A stretch of DNA of 64,000 nucleotides. Origin: Phycisphaerae bacterium. GTDB taxonomy: Bacteria; Planctomycetota; Phycisphaerae; UBA1845. This document shows positions 1 to 9,855 of this stretch, piece by piece; position 1 is the stretch's first letter, and each line of letters starts with the position of its first letter. The notes under the pieces were generated by a model that had not been told where the DNA came from, did not search any database, and saw only the letters and a list, made by a program, of their open reading frames with translations. Where the stretch lies: contig CAXXGO010000006.1 of NCBI GenBank assembly GCA_963666835.2, positions 960,001-1,024,000 on the forward strand, given 5' to 3'. Position numbers and translations under genes: made by a program.

Positions 1-502
1 CCCCGGGAAGATCATCCCAATGCACCTGGACGAACTGGGCGGGGAGCTGATTTGCCAGAAGGACGCGTTCCTCTGCGCCGCCCGCGGCGTGCAAGTTGGC
101 ATTGCTTTTCAGAAGAGAATCCTGGCCGGGCTCTTCGGTGGTGAGGGGTTCATCCTCCAGAGGCTCACCGGTGATGGAATCGCCTTTGTGCATGCCGGCG
201 GGATGATCCATCAGAAGGAGTTGGCTTCCGGGGAGACGCTCCGACTGGATACCGGTTGCCTGGTAGCGATGCAGTCCTCTGTAGACTACGACATCCAGAT
301 GTCCGGCGGTGTCAAGAACGCCATTTTCGGTGGGGAAGGACTGTTCCTGGCGACCCTGCGCGGACCGGGGAAGGTCTGGCTGCAATCGCTGCCGTTTACG
401 CGGCTGGCCGGCCGGATCCTGGCCAACGTTCGCCCCGGGGGAGGCAAGGGCGAAGGTTCGGTGTTGGGGGGACTATCCACTCTCTTCGAGAGCCGGGATT
501 GA
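1..502 (+). CDS. AIM24 / TIGR00266 family protein, 5'-truncated by window edge
   Basis: Motifs [50 protein letters not shown]; frame is open from the window start. Confidence 0.9.
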   Translation, partial: PGKIIPMHLDELGGELICQKDAFLCAARGVQVGIAFQKRILAGLFGGEGFILQRLTGDGIAFVHAGGMIHQKELASGETLRLDTGCLVAMQSSVDYDIQMSGGVKNAIFGGEGLFLATLRGPGKVWLQSLPFTRLAGRILANVRPGGGKGEGSVLGGLSTLFESRD

Positions 503-561
503 GGCATACAGGGAAGCCGGTTCAGAGCAGTTGCGATACTCGACGGGGTGCGGGCGGCGTT

Positions 562-2646
562 CTATTCGGAGTCGGCGGGAAGGCGACCGGCAAACAGCCT
601 GGTCCCGACAACGACGAGCAGAATCGTCATCACCAACATGCCCCATTCCGTGATCGTGGGAATGTCATGTTCCGGACACTCCGTCAGGGTCACGGCGACG
701 TTGTCCAGCCCCCACGACTCGTCCGCCAACCCCTCGAGCCCAACACCGGCGAAGCTGAGGGCGAGGGCATCGGACGAGTGCTCGAACGTCGACACGATGT
801 GATAAACCGAATCGGCGGTGTAACCGAGTGCGCCTACCTCCGTGGCCCCGGTCTGTCCCGCGTAAGCTCCATTAGGATACGCCCCGGGATAAGCCTGGAA
901 CGTACCGGGCGAGTCCGCGAACGTCGTCCACCAAAGGGCGGGCCCGTCGACTACGCGCAGATCCCAGATGTCCGGTCCGGACGTCGGCCCGTTACCGTCC
1001 CAGGAGTCGATTACAAACAGGTCGCACTCTACGGTGGCGGTGTCGTGCGGCGGCAGCCCGTTCAGGGTCAGGATGACGGAACTGTCGGAGAATGGTCCAA
1101 GGAACGTGCGTCCCCCGACAGGCGTCGAATCGGTTGCGGGATCGGACCATTCCTCCAGCGAGTTGCCGGAGTCTTCGAAGTTGTTGAAGTAGAAGCTCTC
1201 CGATCCCGCCGGGGCGGCCCACACCCAGACATTGTCCAGTCCCCAGGACTCGTCGGCCACTCCTTCCAGCCCGAGCCCGACAAAATCAACGACCAGGGTT
1301 TCGCCCGAGTGTAGGAAGGTGTACTTGAGCATATAGACCGAGTCACGGTCATACCCGAGCGTATTCGTTTCGTTCGCGCCCTCGCGCCGGGCGTATCGCG
1401 CCTCGGGGAACGTGCCGGGGTAAGCCTGCGTCGAGCCGCCTTCGTGGGAGAATGTGGTCTGCAGGAGCGTGTTGCCCCCATCCACCGTAACCCCCCAGAC
1501 ATCCGGACCGGAGGAACTCAGATTCCCTTCCCACGATCCGATTATGAACAGATCGAATGACATGGTAATGACACCATGATCGGGAAGAGCGTTCAGAGTG
1601 AAAGTCAGGGTGCCGTTTGAATGTCGCCCCAGAAACTCCCTTTCCGCGACGGGGGTGACTTCTCGGGCGTCGTCCGACCACTCGGTCAGCGGGTCTAAGG
1701 TATCCTCGAAATCGTTGTGGTACACGGTCGTGCCGGAGTAATCCGCGGAAGTGCACATAAGGTTGTGCCTGCTGAGATCCAATGCGATGCCGAAGGGGCT
1801 GCTGCCCGGCAATCCGGTGATCAGAGTCTCGATTCCGGAACCATCCGTATTGGCTCTGAGAACATCGCCGACGGCATAATCGGTCCAGTACATCTTCCCG
1901 GCGATCAGGTCAAGATCGATATCCAGGATTCCGCCAAGCCCCGTCAATACGTCCTCGACGTTTCCGCCATCAAGGTCCGAACGCTGGATCTTGTGGAAGA
2001 AGTTGTCCGTCCAGTAGATCTTTTTCGCCGCCAAGTCCAGAGCCATACCGGTGGGTTCCCCGAGACCGGTGACGAGATCTTCCACATTGCTCCCGTCGAG
2101 GTCGGCGCGTTGAACCTTGTTCGAATAGCTGTCGGTCCAATACACTTTTCCCGCATCCGTGTCGAGTGCGATTCGCGCGGGAAAAGACAGGCCGGTAACG
2201 GTATCTTCAACCGCGGTGCCATCCAGTTCCGCTCGTTGGATCTTGCCGGTGGCCGAGTCCGTCCAGTACATCTTCCTCCCGGCCGGGTCGATCGCGATGC
2301 CCCAGGGGTCCATGAAGCCGGTGACGAGATCCTGTGAGACTCCGCCGCTCTGGGCGGCGCATTGGATCTTGCCGGCAGTCGAATCGGTCCAATATACTTT
2401 CCCGACAGCCGGGCTTACCGCAATCCCCAAAGACTCGATGATTCCCGAAGTCACCGGGCTGTGCATGTGCGTGCCGTCGAGACCGGCGGCGCGGATCTCT
2501 TCGCCTCCGGTCCAGAACATGTGCTGAGCGCGCACCCCAGTTGCCACCGGGCAGAACACCAGCGCAAGAGCAGCTATCCAACAGACCCGATTTCTGCGCA
2601 CAATCCTCTCCGTGCAGCCGCGGACCCGCCCGCACCAAGCCCGCAC
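562..2646 (-). CDS. Secreted surface protein: YWTD (LDL-receptor class B) beta-propeller + two tandem ~170-aa beta-rich domains + IPTL-CTERM-like anchor
   Basis: Signal peptide-like N-terminus; five YWTD repeats plus one FWT variant; duplicated domain ending ADESWGLDNV; C-terminal IPTITEWG followed by a hydrophobic helix and Arg residues. True start may be slightly downstream. Confidence 0.85.
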   Translation of the reverse strand: MRAWCGRVRGCTERIVRRNRVCWIAALALVFCPVATGVRAQHMFWTGGEEIRAAGLDGTHMHSPVTSGIIESLGIAVSPAVGKVYWTDSTAGKIQCAAQSGGVSQDLVTGFMDPWGIAIDPAGRKMYWTDSATGKIQRAELDGTAVEDTVTGLSFPARIALDTDAGKVYWTDSYSNKVQRADLDGSNVEDLVTGLGEPTGMALDLAAKKIYWTDNFFHKIQRSDLDGGNVEDVLTGLGGILDIDLDLIAGKMYWTDYAVGDVLRANTDGSGIETLITGLPGSSPFGIALDLSRHNLMCTSADYSGTTVYHNDFEDTLDPLTEWSDDAREVTPVAEREFLGRHSNGTLTFTLNALPDHGVITMSFDLFIIGSWEGNLSSSGPDVWGVTVDGGNTLLQTTFSHEGGSTQAYPGTFPEARYARREGANETNTLGYDRDSVYMLKYTFLHSGETLVVDFVGLGLEGVADESWGLDNVWVWAAPAGSESFYFNNFEDSGNSLEEWSDPATDSTPVGGRTFLGPFSDSSVILTLNGLPPHDTATVECDLFVIDSWDGNGPTSGPDIWDLRVVDGPALWWTTFADSPGTFQAYPGAYPNGAYAGQTGATEVGALGYTADSVYHIVSTFEHSSDALALSFAGVGLEGLADESWGLDNVAVTLTECPEHDIPTITEWGMLVMTILLVVVGTRLFAGRLPADSE

Positions 2647-2844
2647 TCCGATGAGTAGGGAGCACCTTTAGTTTAACGATAGAAAGGGGTCCGATTCAAG
2701 AAGATATGGCACAACCCTTAGGCGGTGAATTATTATGGGGCTGACTTACGTTACGTTCCGAAAGTAGGACCGAAAAAGACGGGGTGGACGTCCGCATCAT
2801 CGGACCTTACCGCTGACTCGTGCGTAGCCACTTCAAGCGAACCG

Positions 2845-3309
2845 TCAGCTTTCCCCGCCCATGTCCCGCCACATGCTCAGGTGGATAATCCGGTCCTCTT
2901 CGGCCTCGTGTCGGCGCACGATTGCGATCATCTCCCGGATGCGGGCGAAGAAGACCTCCCGATCCTCAAGAGTGCGGTCCGCCATCGTCCCGGCCGCGCG
3001 GATGATCCGGTCGAGCATGCCGAGAATCGTGGTGTGCTCGCGGGCGAGCCGGGCTTGATCGTCCGCCAACTCCGGCCGGCACGCTTCCCCATCAACCTGA
3101 GTGCCGCATAGCGCATCGACGGCGTGATGTACCCGGATCTTCGCGTGCAGATGACGAAGGGCCTCCTCCACCGCCTCGAAACCGGCGATGTCGAACGTCT
3201 GCCAGGATCCCTCCTGCACCAGAATTTCAATCGCGGCCAATGATGACTTTATCGTGTCATCTCCAGTTTGACGCTGTTCGGCGGAATGGCTTGGGGTGAG
3301 ATTGGTCAT
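2845..3309 (-). CDS. Hemerythrin/HHE cation-binding domain protein
   Basis: Helical protein with LAREH...IL and RRHEAEEDRII (HxxxE) motifs; AGGAGG RBS upstream of the ATG. Confidence 0.7.
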   Translation of the reverse strand: MTNLTPSHSAEQRQTGDDTIKSSLAAIEILVQEGSWQTFDIAGFEAVEEALRHLHAKIRVHHAVDALCGTQVDGEACRPELADDQARLAREHTTILGMLDRIIRAAGTMADRTLEDREVFFARIREMIAIVRRHEAEEDRIIHLSMWRDMGGES

Positions 3310-3851
3310 CTGCGTAACCTCCTAATACAGTCTCCTTCGCTGGGAAGCAATCAGTTCGGCCGAGCGGTAACATAGACGCCGGCAGCACTGTGCAAACACG
3401 GCAAGTAGGCACTATTGTACTTCGATACGACGCTAGTGGCAACCATCGAAATGCCCCTTGTATCGGATGTGCCCTTCAGGGCGCTCTGTGCAGTGTGGCT
3501 CAACGCAAACGCCGTTTCATCCCAGGGACACTCCGGGCACTACGAAGTGGCGTAGCAGCTACACTCCAATGAGCCGCTGAGGACCGCCTCGCTCAGGACA
3601 AAGGACCCCGGTGCCGACTCTTGCCACTTGAAGCAAAGGCAGCGACAGGCGGGGGTAAAGGACAGAACGGTGTCACCCCTATTGCCCGCCTGCAAGAAGG
3701 TAATGTTCCCGCCCGAACGATGGAGGTCATTGCCGCCATGTGTTTACCGTCGGGTCCGCGTGTTCCCACCTGCCGGCGCCGGGACCGGCCCGGTACCGTT
3801 GCCGACCGGGATAATCGAGGCTACAACACGTAGTAGCAAGGAGGTCTGAAT

Positions 3852-6557
3852 ATGAACGGAATGCGACGACGCGCTCTATGGGGTGGGCTGCTCACTTTGG
3901 CTCTGGTGGTCGGCTGTGACGTGGCTCCGAACGGTAACTCCGGGGGGGACAACGGGACCGACCCTGATTCGGCAACCGGGCAGGTGGGCAGCGGTACCGC
4001 TCGAGTATCCGGTACGATTCGATCTGCCGATGTCGAGGATGATATTCCGCTTGCCGGAGTGCGCGTGGAACTCGGCGACGCGTGGACCCTCAGCAGCGTC
4101 GACGGCACGTTCGAATTGCTAAATACCCTCGATGGAACACAGACCCTGCTTTGCGATGGAACGGCGGTCGGTACGGACGAAGGACATTACGGACAGTTCG
4201 CCACGGCCATGGAGCTGACCGAGCACGAGGATCGGCTACTGACCGACCCGGTCTATCTGCCCTTCGTGCCGGACGACTCCGCCGGATTGGTGGATCCCGC
4301 TTCCTCGACCACAGTCTCGGGCGATGGGGGGGTTACGCTTGAGATTCCGCCGGGTGGAGCACGCGTGGGCCAGGAGGAGTACGACGGACCGATCTCCGTG
4401 CTGGCCATTGCTCCTGGGCGTACTCCAGCTTCTTTGCCTGCCCGGTTCGATGGGCGCGTCGAGGCAATCATCTCCATTCAGCCGATCGATGTGCGTTTCC
4501 CGGTCGAAGTGCCGGTCACGTTCCCCCAAACATCGGGCGGGACGACCGGGATAAGCCGGATGGCACTATGGTGGTTTGATCCGGACGCCGGAGAGTTCTC
4601 TAACGTAGGCTTCGCGGAATCCGACGGCGACACCATCTACACGACCATCGGCGGGGCGCGCGGCGGCGGGTGGTATGTCTTGGCCGAATTGGATTTTACC
4701 CTCCGGCGGCCTTGCGACGGCAGCGATGGCAGCGAAGCGCGGGCTTGTTACCAGTCCGCGCTGGAGCTTCTGGATGAAATCCGGCAACTTCGGCAAATTG
4801 AACTGCCCGGCGCTGTCACCGTGTTCGGACGGCTGAATGCAGCGCTGGCCGAGCGCGGTAGTTCCGTTGACCGGGCTCAGGCGGTTTTGCAGATCAGTTC
4901 CGAGCTGTTTGAGATCGCCTCGACGGCGGTCCTCGAGTATCAGGCTCTCTATCGAGATCTGGGCGATCTCCAAGGGCTTGACCCGGCTCTAGCGGCGGCG
5001 GGGACGACCTGCTTGGGTTATGAGGTGTGCGACGGCAATTGGGACGAGCGACAGGACGCTCACAGCGATATCGCCCAACTGTCGGTGGCGATCTCGGCCA
5101 ATGTCGAGGCTTTTGCCGCGCAGTTTGACCGGCTGGCCGCGGCGGCGGGTTCCCTGGCGGTGTATTACGGCTCTCCCGGGCTATTGACCACCGATACTCT
5201 GGGGGCGTTTCATCAAATCGCCGGCGAGTTCAATGAAGCATACGACGGTTTCGAACCGTACACATCTCCCCCCGAAGCCTACGACGCGCTGGTCGAAGCA
5301 CTTACTGTTATGGAGAATACCGCGCTGGCTTTCGCACAGACGGTTAGTGCGCCGCTGGAGGACCAGGCCGACACGAGCGGGGTCTCCATCCAGCGCGTTT
5401 GCCCCAATCTCGGCACCACGCAACTCGGGACGATCGTAGACGGGGCCGGATCAGTGCAGTTGGGCGACGCTACCGGTACACTCGACGGAGATTGTATCGT
5501 GCTTGTGGCCGACCGGGAGCTTGGATTGGCGGCTGCGCCGGTTTCGGAGAAGGTTTTGATGGACGAGTTGCGTCCGCCGGCTGTTTGGGGGTTGGCTCGG
5601 GAGATGACGTTCGAATCGCTTGCGCTCGGGCGGCCGGGGGCCGGGACCCTCAGTGATGATGCCCCCGTAGCCGCCTGGGGATTTACCGCGGCCGACGCCC
5701 AGAGTTTGCAGGTATCGTTCTCCGGCGGCATAGGTACTTTGGCGGGCCTGGCTGCGGAGGATGGTGTCATTCAAATGTCACGAGACGGCGGGTTTGACGT
5801 GGTTAACCTGGGCAGCGGTGGGTCGTTCGAGCTGCGCGTGTTCTCGACCGCCGCAGGGGTCGCGTCCCCGTATACGTTCTCCGTCGATTCTCCGGCGGAC
5901 GAGTTCGCGGTCGGGTCGCCGGTTGTGGGGGCGTTTGACGTAGACAATCGGGCGGCGGCGCTGATGTTCGAAGGCGACGCAGGCGAGCAGATCCTCGTGG
6001 AGAAACGCTGCTGCGATCCGTTTGGGATTGAGTTCACCTACGGGCTCCTGGGGCCGGACGGGGTCTCGTTGTCGCCAAGGGACTATTCTGAGGAGGATCC
6101 GGGAATCGGGAACGAGCTGTACGAGCTGTCGGCTACCGGGCTGCATCGTGTGGTGCTGGCTCCGTTCGAGGGTCGGTTCCCGGACTATGAAATGTTGATC
6201 CACCGGGTGCCGGTCAACGAGCCGGTGGCTTGCGCACTCGACACCGAGACCACCGGAGTCTTTGACGACATCGGCGAGCGCCTGGTGTTTACGTTCACCA
6301 CGGCCGGGAACCACGATATCATCCTTCTTGAGGGAGTTAGTGCCACTGGTCCGACTCCGTTGTTGTATTCTCTGACGGCTTCGGACGGCACGACCCTCGA
6401 CAGTGACGAGTTGCTGTACTTCAACGGATCGTCATACGCGACCCGGGACCTCGGAGTTGTAGCGGAGGGTACGTACACTCTGGAGTTTAGAGCCCTGTTG
6501 GACGCCGAGGTGCCGTTGGGCTCGTTCGTATTCCGTCTGACGACGGCCACGGAGTAG
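3852..6557 (+). CDS. Large multidomain lipoprotein (carboxypeptidase-regulatory-like Ig domain, helical middle, PPC-like beta domains)
   Basis: AAGGAGG RBS; lipobox LVVGC; VSGTIRS...PLAGVRV...DGTFEL Ig-like motif; repeated acidic beta-sandwich segments at the C-terminus. Confidence 0.75.
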   Translation: MNGMRRRALWGGLLTLALVVGCDVAPNGNSGGDNGTDPDSATGQVGSGTARVSGTIRSADVEDDIPLAGVRVELGDAWTLSSVDGTFELLNTLDGTQTLLCDGTAVGTDEGHYGQFATAMELTEHEDRLLTDPVYLPFVPDDSAGLVDPASSTTVSGDGGVTLEIPPGGARVGQEEYDGPISVLAIAPGRTPASLPARFDGRVEAIISIQPIDVRFPVEVPVTFPQTSGGTTGISRMALWWFDPDAGEFSNVGFAESDGDTIYTTIGGARGGGWYVLAELDFTLRRPCDGSDGSEARACYQSALELLDEIRQLRQIELPGAVTVFGRLNAALAERGSSVDRAQAVLQISSELFEIASTAVLEYQALYRDLGDLQGLDPALAAAGTTCLGYEVCDGNWDERQDAHSDIAQLSVAISANVEAFAAQFDRLAAAAGSLAVYYGSPGLLTTDTLGAFHQIAGEFNEAYDGFEPYTSPPEAYDALVEALTVMENTALAFAQTVSAPLEDQADTSGVSIQRVCPNLGTTQLGTIVDGAGSVQLGDATGTLDGDCIVLVADRELGLAAAPVSEKVLMDELRPPAVWGLAREMTFESLALGRPGAGTLSDDAPVAAWGFTAADAQSLQVSFSGGIGTLAGLAAEDGVIQMSRDGGFDVVNLGSGGSFELRVFSTAAGVASPYTFSVDSPADEFAVGSPVVGAFDVDNRAAALMFEGDAGEQILVEKRCCDPFGIEFTYGLLGPDGVSLSPRDYSEEDPGIGNELYELSATGLHRVVLAPFEGRFPDYEMLIHRVPVNEPVACALDTETTGVFDDIGERLVFTFTTAGNHDIILLEGVSATGPTPLLYSLTASDGTTLDSDELLYFNGSSYATRDLGVVAEGTYTLEFRALLDAEVPLGSFVFRLTTATE

Positions 6558-6616
6558 CCCTCACTGGGAGAAGATCAACCTAACACCTTCTTGGGCCTTT
6601 TTCTGGGGGGGCAAGT

Positions 6617-7303
6617 GTGCGGATTAACGAAATCTTCCACAGTATTCAGGGAGAAGGGGTGCTAGCGGGGGTGCCGAGCGTCTTCATTCGCACGGCCGGG
6701 TGCAACTTGCGGTGCTGTTGGTGCGATACGCCTTACGCTTCGTGGGAGCCTGTCGGGGGTTCCATGACCGTTGCGGAGATTCTCGACCGGATCGGCCGCT
6801 ACCCCGCGCGGCATGTGGTGCTCACCGGAGGCGAGCCGCTGATTGCCCCGGACGTCGAGGCGCTGACCCGGCAGATCACTCAAGCGGGCTATCACCTTAC
6901 GATCGAGACGGCCGCGACGGTCTGGAAGGACGTCGTGTGCGATCTGGCCAGCCTGAGCCCCAAGACGAGTAATTCCACCCCGCATGATCGCGAAGCCGGC
7001 CGGTGGGTGGAGAAGCACGAATCCGCCCGGCTTGACGCAACGATAGTACGGCGGTTTATGGAGCTTGGCGCGTACCAGCTCAAATTCGTGATAGCGATCC
7101 CGGACGACCTCGTCGAGGTTGATGCCCTGCTGGGGGAGCTTGGCGAGTACGAGCCGACCCGCGTTCTGCTGATGCCGCAAGGATCGACGAGAGACGAACT
7201 GGCGGACCGAGGGAGGTGGGTTGCCGAACTATGCAAAGATCGCGGCTTCCGCTTCTGCCCTCGCCTGCACATCGAGCTTTACGGGAATACCGCCGGCACC
7301 TGA
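6617..7303 (+). CDS. queE: 7-carboxy-7-deazaguanine synthase (radical SAM)
   Basis: EIFHSIQGEG, FIRTAGCNLRCCWCDT (CxxxCxxC), TGGEPL, SLSPK, QLKFV, PRLH motifs. Confidence 0.93.
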   Translation: MRINEIFHSIQGEGVLAGVPSVFIRTAGCNLRCCWCDTPYASWEPVGGSMTVAEILDRIGRYPARHVVLTGGEPLIAPDVEALTRQITQAGYHLTIETAATVWKDVVCDLASLSPKTSNSTPHDREAGRWVEKHESARLDATIVRRFMELGAYQLKFVIAIPDDLVEVDALLGELGEYEPTRVLLMPQGSTRDELADRGRWVAELCKDRGFRFCPRLHIELYGNTAGT

Positions 7304-7345
7304 CCGTACGTGCCGGGATGATCTTCCGAAACAGGCCGGGTGGCC

Positions 7346-8209
7346 CACGTCCTTTTGTCTTTGCCGTGCGGTCCGGACCTTGGCGGGTTGTTCGATGGCA
7401 CTCCCGCTGGACGTGGGGGAGCCGATGATCAGCGATCGACACTCGCGGCAGGTCTCGTACCTCGACCATGCCCTACGAACTGGGACGATCACGTCCTTTT
7501 GTCTCTGCCGTGCGGTCCGGACCATGGCGGGTTGTTCGATGGCACTCCCGCCGGACGTGGGGGAGCCGATGAACAGCGGTCGACACTCGCGGCAGGTCTC
7601 GTACCTCGACCGTGCCCTACGAACTGGGACGATCACGTCCTTTTGTCTCTGCCGTGCGGTCCGGACCATGGCGGGTTGTTCGATGGCACTCCCGCCGGAC
7701 GTGGGGGAGCCGATGAACAGCGGTCGACACTCGCGGCAGGTCTCGTACCTCGACCGTGCCCCACGAACTGGGACGATCACGTCCTTTTGTCTTTGCCGTG
7801 CGGTCCGGACCTTGGCGGGTTGTTCGATGGCACTCCCGCTGGACGTGGGGGAGCCGATGATCAGCGATCGACACTCGCGGCAGGTCTCGTACCTCGACCA
7901 TGCCCTACGAACTGGGACGATCACGTCCTTCTGTCTCTGCCGTGCGGTCCGGACCATGGCGGGTCGTTCGATGGCACTCCCGCTGGACGTGGGGGAGCCG
8001 ATGAACAGCGGTCGACAATCGCGGCAGGTCTCGTACCTCGACCATGCCCTACGAACTGGGACGATCACGTCCTTTTGTCTCTGCCGTGCGGTCCGGACCA
8101 TGGCGGGTTGTTCGATGGCACTCCCGCCGGACATGGGGAGCCGAGGATCAGCGATCGACACTCGCGGCAGGTCTCGTGCCTCGACCATGCCCTACGGACT
8201 GGGGGGATC
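7346..8209. repeat. Tandem array of six 144-bp units (starts 7346, 7490, 7634, 7778, 7922, 8066), each with nested hairpins and one minus-strand GTAG-type REP
   Basis: Directly visible 144-bp period with a few substitutions per unit; lies between convergent queE and C10 peptidase genes. Confidence 0.97.
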
Positions 8210-9851
8210 ATTCCGGGGTGATGATCACTGCGTGTCCGGTCAGTTTGACCGGCTTATCGAGCGTGGCGTAACCGTTGGCTACGGGAAGGGTGTGCGTCGT
8301 TCCGGCCTTCATGATGAGCAGGGTGTCGTCGGCCACGGAATCCAACGCCGCCTCGAGACTAGATATTGGCGAATCCGGTGAGCCGTCCCCGCGAGTGCCC
8401 CCCCCTACGAACTTGACACCCTCTTCGGGGGCGATGCGGATCGTGTTGCGCTGCTTGTTTGGATAGACTTCGTCCACGCTATACCATTCGGTGCTGCCGC
8501 CTCCCCAACCGATATTCATGAGGAACTGCCATGGACTCGTATTCTGGTTATAGCCGCAGACAGTCCAGGAATGGCCGATATCACCGTCACCCTTTCCGGT
8601 AATCTCAAACGGGCGAAGCCATTGAATTTCCTCGACCATCGTGTCGACGTCCCGATCGACCTTGCTCGCATCGCTGTCGTAGCGAAAATGGTCGACGATG
8701 CCGTCGCGGATCATACCCGCCAGTGACACAAACCGCCCGTAATGCATGCCCACCGCAATCCCGGCATGGTACGAGAGCTCGGCCACCTCGACGTCACCAC
8801 TATCAATCGTGTCGTCCGTATGGTCGTCCTCCAATATGCTCCAATTGTATGTTGTGGATCCGAAGTTGGCCGCACACGTGGTCGGATCGAGGAACAACCG
8901 ACCCCAGAGGGCCCCGAGAGCATCCCAATAGTCTTCGTTCTCGCAGTCTACCGCGCCGTTGCATTTTTGTTTGGCTTTGCCCAATACACTCGAGTCCCAA
9001 ATACCCGACATATACAGTAGTCCGCCGGCTGCCGACGTCCAATATAGCCGATCGTCCCAATACGAAGTCAAGAGCAGGTTTGGATCCGGCGTCAGGGGCT
9101 CGGAGTCCCAGCTTACGCGATAACGCCGATCGTACTCGACACTACCGCTGCCCGTTCCGGTGTTCGGCCACTGCCAGTAGTACATGATCTGGGCGGCCGT
9201 CGTGGCAACACAGCCGACCACACAGCGTTCATCGGTGCCGGGCTCGAGCACCGGGCATTGGTCGTTGTACGGTGAGCCCTGATGCCAATACGAGTTCAAG
9301 CGCACCGACATACTCGTCGGAGTGGCCCGGCTACCTTCTGCAGTGTTCGACTTGGGGACCCGCCGAGCAATCAGATCATCCCAATACGCCGCGCGCCGAG
9401 CCAGCTCGGGTTCATACTGGTCCAGTTCCCGACTTTTCTGCGCTTTCGCCTCCTGCACCGCGTGCAGACGGGTGGTGATCTGAGAGAGGATGTACTCATA
9501 GTTGGGGTTGGTCGGATCATAAGTGCCCTCGGGCCGATAGAGGTATACCGGCAGGGTCAGGTCATCCGCGCCGCACAGGCAATACCCGCCTCCAGTGAGA
9601 TGAGCGATGTAGGCGGTGGTTTGGCCGTCTACTACATGCGGCTCCAATCGGGCTACGGCGGCGTCAGGTCGCGCGTCGGCGGTCACGTGCCGAACCCAGG
9701 TTTCGACCGCTGAGGTCACATCGATGTCACTGATCGGCTCGGCCGACGCGACGGTTGGAACCAACAGCGCCCACACGAAATGGGCTCCACCAAACCAACG
9801 CCGGAGGTTTGACTTGCCATTCGTTTCGGGAGACATTCCTATACCTCTCAA
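8208..9851 (-). CDS. C10 family (streptopain/SpeB-like) cysteine peptidase with propeptide
   Basis: WHQGSPYNDQCP, VGCVATTAAQIMYYW (catalytic Cys), GHSWTVCGY (His), MNIGWGG; signal peptide ending ASA; start may be the ATG at 9836. Confidence 0.92.
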   Translation of the reverse strand: MRGIGMSPETNGKSNLRRWFGGAHFVWALLVPTVASAEPISDIDVTSAVETWVRHVTADARPDAAVARLEPHVVDGQTTAYIAHLTGGGYCLCGADDLTLPVYLYRPEGTYDPTNPNYEYILSQITTRLHAVQEAKAQKSRELDQYEPELARRAAYWDDLIARRVPKSNTAEGSRATPTSMSVRLNSYWHQGSPYNDQCPVLEPGTDERCVVGCVATTAAQIMYYWQWPNTGTGSGSVEYDRRYRVSWDSEPLTPDPNLLLTSYWDDRLYWTSAAGGLLYMSGIWDSSVLGKAKQKCNGAVDCENEDYWDALGALWGRLFLDPTTCAANFGSTTYNWSILEDDHTDDTIDSGDVEVAELSYHAGIAVGMHYGRFVSLAGMIRDGIVDHFRYDSDASKVDRDVDTMVEEIQWLRPFEITGKGDGDIGHSWTVCGYNQNTSPWQFLMNIGWGGGSTEWYSVDEVYPNKQRNTIRIAPEEGVKFVGGGTRGDGSPDSPISSLEAALDSVADDTLLIMKAGTTHTLPVANGYATLDKPVKLTGHAVIITPE

Positions 9852-9855
9852 GTCG

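Noticed and set aside
6617..7303. queE as part of a dpd 7-deazaguanine DNA-modification island, or under a preQ1 riboswitch
   Set aside because: No dpdA, tgt, queC or queD adjacent, and the upstream 59 bp show no preQ1-like motif
7221..8381. Long ORFs (386, 293, 319 aa) spanning the 144-bp array
   Set aside because: A 144-bp stop-free unit keeps several frames open on both strands; no RBS or protein-like composition, and the unit is built of palindromes
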